From Octopus vulgaris (Eukaryota): a DNA stretch of 64,000 bases. Position 1 is the first letter of the stretch; the number at the start of each line of letters is the position of its first letter. The notes under the pieces are model-generated. The model was not told the DNA's origin, ran no database searches, and saw only the letters and a program-made list of their open reading frames with translations. The stretch lies in NCBI GenBank assembly GCA_951406725.2, contig OX597836.1, forward strand, positions 9,238,001 through 9,302,000. Direction: 5' to 3'. Shown piece after piece: positions 24,861 to 38,100 of the stretch. A program made the position numbers and the translations under genes.

Positions 24861-27800
24861 CACTACACTCACGGAGTGGTTGGCATTAGGAAGGGCATCC
24901 AGCCGTAGAAACACTGCCAGATCTGACTGGGCCTGATGAAGCCTTCCAGCTTCACAGACCCCAGTTGAACCGTCCAACCCATGCTAGCATGGAGAACGGA
25001 CGCTAAATGATGATGATGATAATGATGATGATATATACTGTTGAGTCTGGGGATAGTCATTTTCTTTTTGTGCCTTATGATTTAACACACTCACCGGTAA
25101 AATTTCCACTTATTTCTTATCTTTATTTTCCTAAAATTTTTGTTGCATCTTGCAAACTTTTCAATAGTCTTGACTCTGTCCGTTATTTACACTGCGTTCC
25201 TTTTTGTTTGTTTGTGCGTATCTGTGTGGGTCAGTGTGTGCGTGTGTGTGCCTATACATGCATGTATGTGTGTATGTATGTATATATGAGTGTGTGTGCA
25301 TATGTATATATATACATGTATGTGTGTGCATCTGTATGTATGTATCCTGCATATTCATGTGCTTGCATGTCCGTGTTTGTGTATTTTCTATGTATGTGTG
25401 TGTGAACATGTGTTTGTATATGCATGCACCTCTGTCTCCTTGTGTGTGTATGTGGGTGTTTTGCAACTATGTACCATGTTTGTATGTATAGATGGATGTG
25501 CATCTCTATATGTTTGGACCCGTGTCTCCATATGTGTCCTTGTGTGGAGTAAAGTGTGTGTGTGTGTACATGGTCAGGTGTTTCAGTCTCCATTTGCGTA
25601 TGTGTGCTTGTCTGTTCTTATAACCTATGTCCCTATCTGTCTGTATGTTGATCTGTTTATTTTCATATCCATATGCTTATATGTATATGTTTGTATGTCT
25701 GTGCTTGTCCACCACCACCACCAACATCGCTTGACAACCGATGTTGGTGTGTTTACATCCCCGTAACTTAGCAGTTCGGCAAAACGAGACCCGACAGAAT
25801 AAGTACTAGGCTTACAAAGAATAAGCCCCAGAGTCGGTTTCTTCGACTAAAGGCGGTGCTCCAGCATGGCCACGGTCAAATGACTGAAGCAAGTAAAAGA
25901 ATAAAAGAATATATTGTTGAGTATAAGAAATTATACTCTACTCTTTTTCTTTTTACTTGTTTCAGTCATTTGACTGTGGCCATGCTGGAGCACCGCCTTT
26001 AGTCGACCAAATGGACCCCAGGACTTTCTTTTTTGTAAGCCTAGTACTTATTCTATCGGTCTCTTTTGCCGAACCGCTAAGTTACGGGGACGTAAACACA
26101 CCAGCATCGGTTGTCAAGCGATGTTGGGGGGACAAACACACACACAAACATATAAATGCACACACACACATATATATATGTACATATATACGATGAGCTT
26201 CATTCAGTTTCCGTCTACCAAATCCATTCACAAGGCTTTGATTGGCCCTAGGCTATAGCAGAAGACACTTGCCCAAGGTGCCACGCAGTGGGACTGAACC
26301 CAGAACCATGTGGTTGGTAAGCAAGCTACTTACCACACAGCCATTCCTGCACCTGTTTGTTTCTTTTTGATGAGTCAGATATAATCCTCTGTTTGAAGTT
26401 TCTAATTTAAGGAAGTCAATCAGGATTATTTATTTATTTATCAACATATCCAAAATAAAAACCAGTTTTCTGTTCCCACAGTTGAAATAACTAAATCACG
26501 CAGTAAATATATAAGCTCGCATAATATATTTATATACCGTACAAGTTGATGGTCAAACCTACGCTGTGGAGTTTAAATAGTTCAGCTGTTGGTAGGTCAA
26601 GTCTTCAAAAATAACTAAGATCGCTGGAATTAGTTTGTTTTATTTTTGTCCGTATAATAGGCGCAGGAGTGGCTGTGTGGTAAGTAGCTTGCTTACCAAC
26701 CACATGGTTCCAGGTTCAGTCCCACTGCGTGGCATCTTGGGCAAGTGTCTTCTGCTATAGCCCCGGGCCGACCAATGCCTTGTGAGTGGATTTGGTAGAC
26801 GGAAACTGAAAGAAGCCTGTCGTATATATGTATATATATATATATAAGTGTGTGTGTATATGTTTGTGTGTCTGTGTTTGTCCCCCTAGCATTGCTTGAC
26901 AACCGATGCTGGTGTGTTTACGTCCCCGTCACTAAGCGGTTCAGCAAAAGAGACCGATAGAATAAGTACTGGGCTTACAAAAAATAAGTCCCGGGGTCGA
27001 TTTGCTCGACTAAAGGCGGTGCTCCAGCATGGCCGCAGCCAGATGACTGAAACAAGTAAAAGAGTAAAAGGGAAAAGAGTATAATGCCTTACTCTTTACT
27101 CTTTTACTTGTTTCAGTCATTTTGACTGTGGCTATGCTGGAGCACTGCCTTTAGTCGAGCAAAACGACCCCAGGGCTTATTCTTTGTAAGCCCAGTACTT
27201 ATTCTATCGGTCTCTTTTGTTGAACTACTAAGGGACAGGGACATAAACACACCAGCATCAGTTGTCAAGCAATGTTAGGAGGACGGACACACAAACACAC
27301 ATATATGACAGGCTTCTTTCAGTTTCCGTCTACTAAATCCACTCACAAGGCTTTGGTCGGCCAAAGGCTATAGTAGAAGACACTTGCCCAAGGTGTCACA
27401 CAGTGGGACTGGACCTGGAACCATGTGGTTGATAAGCAAGCTACTTACCACACAGCCACTAAGTTACAGGGACATAAACACACCAGCATCGGTTGTCAAG
27501 CGATGTTGGGGACAAACACAGACACACACATATATACATATACATATACATATACACATATATACGATGGGCTTCTTTCAGTTTCTGTCTACCAAATCCA
27601 CTCACAAGACCTGAGGCTATAGTAAAAGACACTTGCCCAAGGTGTCACGCAGTGGAACTGAACCCAGAACCATGTGGTTGGTAACCAAGCTATTTACCAC
27701 ACAGCCACTCCTGCGCCTATATATATATATACATACATATCATCATCATCATCATCATCGTTTGACGTCCGTTTCCCGTGCTAGCACGGGTTGGACGATT

Positions 27801-28358
27801 CGACCTGGGTCTAGGAAGCCAGGGGCTGCACCAGGCTCCAGTCTGATCTGGCAGTGTTTCTACAGCTGGATGCCCTTCCTAACGCCAACCACTCCGCGAG
27901 TGTAGTGGGGTTTTTTTTAACGTGCCACCTGCACAGGTGCCAGGGGGGATCCGGCATCGGCCACGATCGGTTGTAGCTTTTAACGTGCCACCGGCATGGG
28001 AGCCAGATATACATATACATATATATATATATACATATACATATACATACAGCAGGCTTTTTTCAGTTTCCATCTACCAAATTTGTTCACAAGGCTTTGG
28101 TTGGCCCAGGGCTATAGTAGAAGACATTTGCTCAAGTTGCCATGCAGTGCAATTGAACCTGGAACCAAGTGATTGCAAAGCAAACTTCCTACCAGATCAG
28201 CCACACCTGCTCCTAGCCATATATGCAGGTTTTATGTTTCTGTTGTTAAAAAAGCACAAATGTCTCACTGCCTACCGTAAAACCAATGCCTTAATCTGTT
28301 GTTTTTTTGTTGCAAGGAATATCTTCCCCTAACGCTGTCATTTTCATCTTGTTTTCAG

Positions 28359-28476
28359 ACACATGGAGAAAATTGACGAGAAAATCAAGACGGATTACAT
28401 CATCCATTCTGCACCAAAATCCGAAAACATTTGGATCGACAGCGGCAACAAAAGTAGTGGATGTCTTGTATTGTAA
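28359..28476 (+). CDS. G-protein gamma subunit, coding exon 2 (CAAX terminus)
   Basis: ttttcag| in phase with exon 1 (CT|A = L). HMEKIDEKIKTDYIIHSAPKSENIWIDSGNKSSGCLVL*; CLVL prenylation box; AATAAA at 28601. Confidence 0.88.
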
Positions 28477-29269
28477 GGCCGCAGAACAGCACAGAATGTC
28501 TCCAGCAAAATTACATCAGTTGTTTAGATCAGGGGTACTCGACGGGGTCCGTATGGCCCTTGGGAGTCGTTATAAGATTTTGCTGTTAAAATTTATGCAC
28601 AATAAAATTTGTTACACCTCACCGATACACAAAATATTTCAAAAATTTTTTTAATTTAATTTCTAATAATACTCTTTTACTTGTTTCAGTCATTTGACTG
28701 TGGCCATGCTGCAGCACCGCCTTTAGTCGATCGAGCAAATCGATCCCCGGGACTTTTTCTTTGTAAGCCTAGTACTTATTCTATCGGCCTCTTTTGCCGA
28801 ACCGCTAAGTGACGGGGACGTAAACACACCGGCATCAGTTGTCAAGCAATGCTAGGCATCAGTTGTCAAGCAATGTATATATATATACATATATACGACA
28901 GGCTTCTTTCAGTTTCCGTCTACCAAATCCACTCACAAGGCATTGGTCGGCCCGGGGCTATATCAGAAGACACTTGCCCAAGATGCCACGCAGTGGGACT
29001 GAACCCGGAACCATGTGATTGGTTAGCAAGCTACTTACCACACAGCCACTCCTGCGCCTATAATATTTAATTATAAAAACAAAATAGTTTTCTCTAGTTC
29101 TACAAAAGAAACCAATAATGGATCAATAATTAATTCTAATGAGGTCTCCTGTTTATTGATCATGCAACTGAATTAAAGCATGCTGCACAATTTCTTTCTG
29201 CACGCTTTTACCGTGAAGTGGACTTTATAAAACTAGTAAGTGACCACATGGAGTTTTTAGTTAGTTAGT

Positions 29270-29660
29270 TAGTTAATTTTTTGGCTCAAAAAGCAAAAAG
29301 CAAGGCCATGTAGGGGGACATGGAGTTATGTACAGGGTGGTGTTCATGCAAAGAGTTCAGGCCACTTGAGGTCAAGGGAGACTTTGAACCGAGCGGTCGT
29401 CGGCATCTTCACTATCTCGTCCGGCAGCTTATTCCACGGATCCGCAACCCGGACGGAGAAAGCCCCTCTCCTTCCATTGAGATGAAATCGTCACAGATAG
29501 AGCTTTTCGGAGTGACCCGGCAGCCAACGCTCTGGAGCAGGAGTGGAGAACAGCTCTTTCGAGAGGTTACACTTTCCGCTTATGATGTGGAATATGAACA
29601 GCCAGTGTGGAGTTGGCAACGAAGGCAGTCGGAGAAAAGATGTGCTGTGGCCAGTTGACG
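29270..29660 (-). mobile_element. CR1-like LINE 3' fragment
   Basis: Minus strand encodes FSVRVADPWNKLPDEIV; short tandem-repeat tail (ttag)n at about 29257. Confidence 0.6.
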
Positions 29661-31205
29661 TGAACCGGGTGACAAAAAAACCACATTACGTAAAGACATC
29701 CAACCGAGCATGACTAGTTCTTCTACTCTGAGCAAGTTGGCTTGCTGGACTGGCCTATGGTTTCCCAGTTGCTGGCTGTTGAATCTGTGTTGGTGTCAGG
29801 AGGCTGCGTTTTGCAACAATATGATTTTTTTAAACAATGGCTAGGAGGGTTCATTCAAATAAAATAGGAATCAAAGGGGTCTATAAGGGGGAAAAAATTG
29901 GTTGGGAACCACAAGCTAAGAGTGTAAAATTATAATAACCTTAATTATGTATCTGTTTTAGTGTTTTAATTAATAAAATATTATAGAGTAGTTGCCTGGA
30001 AAATACAGTCTATGATTCACGCATATATATATCATCATCGTCATTGTTGTTTAACATCCGCCTTCCATGCTGGCATGGGTGGAACAGTTTGACAGGAATC
30101 GGCCAAGCAGAATCCTGCACCAGACTTCTGTGACAAATCAAAATCGATCAACATCAATGGAAATTGTAGCTGTGACACCAGTGCCAATGGCATGTAAGAG
30201 AACCATCCGAACGTGGCCGTTGCCAGCACCACCCAAACTGGCCTCCGTGGCACGTAAAAAGCACCATCCGATCATGACCGTTTGCCAGCCTCGTCTGGCC
30301 CTGTGCCAGTGGCACGTAAAAAGCACCATCCGATCGTGACCGTTTGCCAGCCTCGTCTAGCCCTGTGCCAGTGGCACGTAAAATGCACCAATCCGATCGT
30401 GGCCGTTTGCCAGCCTCGTCTGGTACCTGTGCAGGTGGCACGTAAAAAGCAGCCACTACACTCTCGGAGTGGTTGGCATTAGGAAGGGCATCCAGCTGTA
30501 GAAACACTGCCAGATCAGACTGGGCCTGGTGCAGCCTTCTGGCTTCCCAGACCCCAGTTGAACCGTCCAACCCATGCTAGCATGGAAAGCGGACGCTAAA
30601 CGATGATGACACACACATATATGCATACATTTGTGTGTATATATATATACTAGCCTTGAAGCCACCCTTTCAGCAACATTCAAGCTAGTTCCTGCAGAGG
30701 ACACATTTGAGCCCTTTGGGATCCATTTTCCATGTTTCTTTCATTTTTTCATTTGATTCTGATGATGAAAATTTGCGACACTTTCATAAGCTTCCAAACT
30801 CTCTGTAGTAATTAATTCACTTCATATTTTTGGACTTGAACCACCATTCGTACTAAGCAAGTGAAATGCATGACTATAATAGCTATCATAATTTTTCCAT
30901 CACTTCGCCATTTCCAAAAAAATATTAAAATGAGATTGAGATTAAATGAATCGGATGCATTTCGTCTCAGTCTCATTCTATTTTCTATTACAAATCTTTA
31001 GGGAATACTGTAACCAGAACAGGAAAATTACTTTACCAACTAGACTTAAGTTTCATAAACTACAAAATATAAATATCCACACTGACACACCTGAAACGTA
31101 CCTGTTATAACTCTTTATCTCGATTTGAATGTACGCGAAGGTATTTAGAATTCTCAAACTTATTTCTGCAAATGTGCTTAAGCACTGATGCTGACCATAG
31201 TTTAA

Positions 31206-31414
31206 CCCTTTAGCATTCAGATTATTCTATCAAACATAATGCTTATTGATTTGAATTAATCATGCATTATCTCATATCTTCAAGATCTTGATGGTGTAAT
31301 TACTTGATGTAGAATAACATTGTAGGGTAGGTGTGAGAGCCTGGATCTGGTCAGTTTGAACATAAAACAGATTAACTATTTTGGCCGGATATGGCCGGTT
31401 TAAATACTAAAGGG
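31206..31414. mobile_element. piggyBac-like MITE (same family), nested in an older element
   Basis: TTAA|CCCTTTAGCATT...AATACTAAAGGG|TTAA. An empty-site homolog lies at about 50700-50790 (minus). Confidence 0.8.
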
Positions 31415-32159
31415 TTAATCAATAAGCATAGAAGCGAGGTAAATGCAGTAAAAATAAGGGGGTCTCATTTAAGCGGCCCTTCAGAAATTGAACCTCCTTA
31501 CGATACTCCCCGGGAGTTCATGGTATGAAATTCATTGTCATTGCTCCGATTTGGTCACCAATGCCATGTATTTAGTTTAAAATGCAGTAAAAATATGGGG
31601 GTCGGTGGGGCCCCGATTAGGCGGCCCTTAAAAAATAAACCTCCTTAGAACATTCCCTGGGATTAGGGGAGTTGCTGGTTTGAGTTTCGTTGTCCTTGCA
31701 CCAACGGTCTAAGAGGAGTTAACAAACATGAAAACGTAACGGACAGAGAAACATCACTCAAAGTTATTTAAAGATAAAGTTTCTATACATGCAAATCTAA
31801 TTTATACACACGGACATCATCATCATCATCCGCTTTCCATGCTATACCAGGTTCCACTTTGAATTGGCTTGGTTTGTACAGCTGGATGGCCTTCCTAACA
31901 CCAACCACTCCAAGAATGTAGTGGGTGCCTTTCATATGCCACTATCATGGATGCCTTTTATGTGTCACCAACCCTGGCCATGACTTATGATTTCACTTGG
32001 TTGACATGTCTTCTCAAGCACAGCAAATTTATTTCTTTATTACCCATCGTTTGGGTAATTAAAAAGATATAAAATGAGAATTGTTGTTTTCAATATGGCA
32101 TGTATAAAAGAAAAGCTGTTTTCTGCAAACAACATTGAGTTGTGTGTGTGTGTATTAAT

Positions 32160-32625
32160 TGCTGAGTCACTATCAGAACTGGAGGAGAAGTTTCAAGTGT
32201 GGAAACAAGAATTAGAATCAACCTAGCTAATACCAAAGTCCTAATAACTAGGAAGGCAAGCAAACCACAAATCCCTTCAAGTAGATGGCCCTGCTCGATC
32301 TGTAGAAAAGGCATAGGTAGAAACTCTATAAGTACCCAGTGTAAGCTATGGACACATAAGAGGTACAGCAATATCAAAGGAAATCTAACTGGGAAGATAG
32401 GTTTTGTATGTGGCAGATGCTCAGGAGCAATAAACACTGGAAATGGGCAGAGAACAACTTCCGCCACATTCCAGGGAGAAAAACTAGAAGTAGTTGATAT
32501 CTTCTGTTACCTAGGTGACCAAGTCAGTAGCGGGGGAGGGTGCACTGAAAGTGTAGCTGCTAGAATAAGAATAGCTTGGGCAAAGTTCAGAGAGCTCTTA
32601 CCTCTGCTGGCGACAAGGGGCCTCT
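32160..32625 (+). pseudogene. RTE-like LINE reverse transcriptase fragment with Cys-rich insert
   Basis: INLANTKVL...WPCSICRKGIGRNSI...CKLWTHKR...EKLEVVDIFCYLGD...ARIRIAWAKFRELLPLL. Confidence 0.75.
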
Positions 32626-35119
32626 CGCTCCCCCAAACTTACTGGCCATGTTCCAAAATTTCAAATCAATATACGTCATCAGAAGCATGGAACTATGACC
32701 GTCTTCCCTGCTGACATGGGTCGAGCAGTTTGACCGGGTCTTTTGGGGTCGATTAAATAAGTACCAGTTACGCACTGGGGTCAATATAATTGACTTAATC
32801 TGTTTGTCCTCTGTGTTTAGCCCCTTGTGGGTAGTAAAGAAATAGGTATTTCGTCTGTCTTATGTTCTGAGTTCAAATTCCCTTGAGGTCGACTTTGCCT
32901 TTCATCCTTTCGGAGTCAATTAAGTAAGTACCAGTTATGCACTGGGGTCGATATAATTGACTTAATCCATTTGTTCTCTCTGTGTGTAGCCTCTTGCGGG
33001 CAGTAAAGAAATAAGAAACGTTAGCATGTCGGGCGAAATGCTTAACGATATTTCGTCTATCTTTATGTTCTGAGTTCAAATTTGCCTTTCACGGGTTGAT
33101 AAATTAAGTACCAGCTGCATACTGAGGTTGACCTAATCAACTGGTCCCCTCCCCCAAAATTTCAGGTCTTGTGCCTAGAGTAGAAAAGATTATGTACATG
33201 TGAGTGTTTGTGCTTTTTAAGATTGAGTTTGCCCTCACTTACCTCAGCTGGTAATGCGATACTGTCGGTGTTCAGCTTCTGAGCACTTTGGCCCCTCTCG
33301 AGCTCATCAATGTCCCCACATTCCTTCAGCTTCTTCAATGACCTGCTAATCTTCCAGGCTTCTTCACTGACCTGCTATTCTTCCAGGCCAACAAATGTTT
33401 AAAACCTTCAGCATTCAGATTACTATCAAATGTAAATTATTATTTATTCATTGTTATGAATTAATCATGCCTTATCTTGTAGCTCTGAGATTTCGAAGAT
33501 ACATTAGTATATTTTTAGAATGACGTTGCAAGGTAGTCGTACGAGGCCTGATCCGGTCAGTTTGAACACAAAACAACTATTTGGACAAGATATGTCTGGA
33601 TGGAACGCTAAAGAGTCAACTCTTACTGGTGTGAAGCGACATTTCATCTCCCTTCACAAAGTGAGGCGGTAGTTAATTGTATTTAATCAATTAGGAAGGG
33701 CATCCAGCTGTAGAAACTCTGCCAGATCAAGATTGGAGCCTGGTGCGGCTGTCTGGTTCGCCAGCCCTCAGTCAAAATCGTCCAACCCATGCTAGCATGG
33801 AAAGCGGACGTTAAACGACGATGATGATGATGAATCAAATTTGGTACATGCAAGATATACTTTATCAACCTGAAGAATAGAAAGCTGAGGGGGAAAAAAA
33901 GCACTGCATTCTAAATTCTTTACACTGGCACAGCTCTTCTACTACAGATTCTAGTAATCATTCCAGCTGAGTTCATTTCCCACCAAGTTCAACTTCACCA
34001 TTCAGGGGCCAAAAAAAAAAGTTGGTTTCAAACCTTGGCACAAGATCAACAAGTTAAGGGGAAGGGTTGAGTTGAGTAGATTGACCCCAATGCTGACTAT
34101 TCAGGTTCAATGCCTTAAGTAAATACCTCAAAAGGATGAAAGGTAAGGATGACCTCGGTGGAAATTGAACTCCGAATTCCTAACTCCAATATAGTGGTTT
34201 CAAATTTTGGCACAGTGTAAGCAAGTTCAGGAGACGCTAAGACAGATACAGTGACCCCAGTGCTTGACTGGCGCTTATTTTATCAACCCCAAAAGGATGA
34301 AAGGAAAAAAAATCAACCTTAACAGAACTTCAACTCAGAATGGAAAGATTGACGAAGTGCCTCTCAGCATGTTGCCCAGTGTGCCACCCTCTGACTCCAA
34401 TGTATTAGTTTTGAATTTTGGTACAAGGCCAGCAAATCTGGGTGATGAGTCAAATCAATTATCGACCCCAAAAGGATGAAAGTTGACCTCAGCAGGATTT
34501 GAACACAGAATGTGAAGACAGACAAAATATCACCAAGCATTTCGCCCAGCACGATAATGATTCTGCCAGCTCACTGCCTTAAGGACTTCAATATATTGGC
34601 AGGTAGGCGCTGGAGTGGTTGTGTGGTAAGTATAGGTGCAGGAGTGACTGTGTGGTAAGTAGCTTGCTTACCAACCACATGGTTCTAGGTCCAGTCCCAC
34701 TGCGTGGCATCTTGGGCAAGTGTCTTCTACTATAGCCTTGGGTCAACCAAAGCCTTGTGAGTGGATTTGGTAGACGGAAACTGAAAGAAGCCCGTCGTAT
34801 ATATATGTGCGTGTATGTTTGTGTTTGTCCCCCTAGCATTGCTTGACAACTGATGCTGGTGTGTTTATATCCCTGTCCCTCAGCAGTTCAGCAAAAGAGA
34901 TAGAATAAGTACTGGGCTTACAAAGAATAAGTCCCGGGGTCGATTTGCCCGACTAAAAAGGGCAGTGCTCCAGCATGGCTGCAGTCAAATGACTGAAACA
35001 AGTAAAAGAGGTATTTTGTCATACAAAGAGGGGATAATAGTACAGAAGTGTACAAAAGTCAACACCAACTGGGAACTTAAAAACTTTTCCAAATAAAAAC
35101 TACAATAGAATTTAGTTTA

Positions 35120-38100
35120 AACTTTTTATTTTTATTAACTGAATGAAAGAAAAGACGTCAGGTCATCACCAGTACAGTGAAATACTGTCCCCACATATTA
35201 GCTCCTGTACAGGTTGCAATTCAGTTCTTAAAAGTGTTTTATTTGTGTTGTTTTTAAGTTATTTTAATTATTTACTTTTTATTTTAAATTTTTTAATACC
35301 ATGTACCAACTTACAGAAGGTTTGTAAAAGAAAGTGTGTGAGGAGATGGGAGCAGTATTTGGGAAGGAAGAGGAAGGTGGGGGAAGGATTTTTTTGTCTT
35401 TTAAATTTTTGAAATGACAGGGGTTTTTTTTTGTTTTATTAAAAAAAAATAAAGAAAAAACAGGGGGACAGGAGGTTGGCAACAGTTGGATTTGAAATCA
35501 ACTCAGTGACTCTCCAAAATAGAAAAAAAAAAAAGATTTTTTTTTTTAAATAAATAAAATTTTTTAATGCACCTTAATAACTTAGTAGTAGTAGTAGTAA
35601 TAATAATAGAAGTGGTAGTTGTTTTCATTTTTTTTTTTTTTTGGCAACCAGCATTATTTCCAACTCAAATCCTGGAACAAGTTTAAGAGAAAGAGGACAA
35701 AAAAAATATACCAGATTTTCAACCTGCCCCAGATCTAGTTCGAATAAGTGGTTTTTCATTTTTAAATTGAAATTAAATTGAGAGAGAGAGAGAGATAGGG
35801 AGGGAGAGGGACTTGGTATGCTAATTTTCATTTTATTATTACAATTTTTTTTCCTTCCTTTTGAACATATTCAATTTTTATAAGTTTCTTTTTTTTTTTT
35901 TCAAAGTTTTATTTTATATATATTAACTTGGGGTTTTTTTTACTCTTTTTTTCCTTTTTTTTTTTTTTCAAAGAGGCTAATCCGACCCATAAGTTTTCTA
36001 GGAAGGTTGCCTTAAAAATAAAATAAACAAAAAAACTGTTAACCACCATTTTCTGAAAGTTTTGTTGGGAGTTTTGAAACATTCAAAATATAGAAGTGTG
36101 TGTATGTATATATATACATATATGTGTATGTATATATACATATAATCTATATACATATATGTATATATATACGTACACATACATGCATGCTAGATACATT
36201 TGCAGCTGTTAATGCAATTTTTAAAATTTAAGTTTGGGGTTTTTTTCCTTGTTACGATTTTTTTCTTTCTTTGGATTTTATATTTTTTCATTTATATTTA
36301 TTTTTCTTTTACAATTTAATCTTCATTACCTGAGCATTTAACAGATATATTTTTTTTTTCTTTGCATCATTTTAAAAATTTTCTTTAAAAAAATCTTCTC
36401 TACATAAGACTTTTAAACAAAATCTCTTTTTTCAAGAACCTAGTACAAAGAGATTCAGTGTTGTAAATTATTTGGGTTTTCAGTAACTTTTATTAGAAAA
36501 TCTAAAGCTTGTTATTTTTATATATTTTTTTTTATTATTATTTGTCTAAGATTTGTGAGAGGTTTTTTTAGGTTTTTTTTTTGCAAATAAATTTTTAGTT
36601 TAATTTTGAAGTGAAGGGGGGGGGATTTTAAATAACAATGTCATTTAGACGTTGCTTATGTCCACATACAAGTGTAGTACATATAATAATATATGTGTGT
36701 GTGTGTGTGTGTGTGAAATGGTAAGGAGAGAGAGAGGGAGGAACTAAAGAACACTACTTCCAAGAAAGAAAAACGTTAAATTGACATTTTTATTGTAGAA
36801 TTTTATATATATTACATATATATACATACACATATATATATATATATATACATATATATAATTTCCAAGAAAACAAATTTTCAATTTTAGTTGTTGCATT
36901 TTTTCGGAGAGGAGGTTTCTTGGAGAAAACCGTTTCCCTCTTCCAAGATTACAGAAAGAAACTAAATTAAAGCCAACCGTGACACGTGGTAACAGTAATA
37001 GTAGTAGTAGTAGTAATAATAATAATAATAATGGTAAAAATAACAGAGAGGGTGGAACAAGTAGACAAGTTATAAAAAGTGTGGGCTGTGAGGGAGTGAC
37101 CTAGAAAAGGAAATCAAAGAACAAAAATTATAATAATAATTGTACATAGACAAGGGGTCAACTCCTTTTATGTCCAGCAAGGAAACAAATACGAAATAGA
37201 ATTAATAAAAAATAAATATAATTGAGGAAGGAAAACACAGAATTAGGTGGACATGGAGACAAATTGTTAAGCCACGGTACACATACATACACACATATAT
37301 ATACACAGTCACAGCACGCACGTGGGTGTGGTGAGAGAGCAAAAAAAAAAAAAAAAGGACAGACAGACAGACAGATATACAGGTTGTTGGCCAAAAAAAA
37401 GTTTTAGTAGTTCAGTTTTGTTTCTCTCTCCTTCTCCACACATTGTTTAATTAATAATTGTAATTATTGTTGTTGTTGCTGATGTTGTTAACAATCCATT
37501 CGTACAAATCTACGACCAGTCTCCATCACAAACTAAAATCTTTCAACATCTCCAATATGTGTGTGTATCATCATCATCATATATATTTTTTTGGGCAAAT
37601 TTTAACTGTTACATTTTTTTTGTTATATTTTCATTTATATTAATTGCAGCAGCAGGAGGAGATATTTTTTTTTTCTCTTTCTAGTTTTTCCAATTTTTTT
37701 TTTTTATAATACTTTGTTTCCAATTAAAAAAAAAACAAAAAACATAATAATAATAATAATGGTAAAATAAATATAAAACTATCACCATCATGATAAATGA
37801 TCAAAATATTTCTGGAGTTTATGAGATGGGACAATCTACCCCAGGATGGGGGGTGGCAGTTCATACAGATTCACATATATATATATGTATAGATAGGTAT
37901 ATATATATAACATACCACATGTATATATAACATTATTACAACTATAATATATATATAGAGAGAGAGAGGGAGAGAGTATCAAGAAGTGTTGTTACTTCCT
38001 CTCTGCACCACCCGCATCTATTAAAAGGGGTGAACGATTCCCAACAGAATAAACGTAAAAAATAATTTTTTTTTTTTTTAAAAAGGAGACATTTTTAAGG

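Noticed and set aside
24118-24977. CRISPR-like array or repeat-protein ORFs
   Set aside because: Units are contiguous with no unique spacers, no cas genes, eukaryotic context; part of a dispersed retroposon.
28307-28654. 115-aa ORF in the track
   Set aside because: It overlaps G-gamma exon 2 in a different frame; the spliced frame ending in CLVL is better supported.
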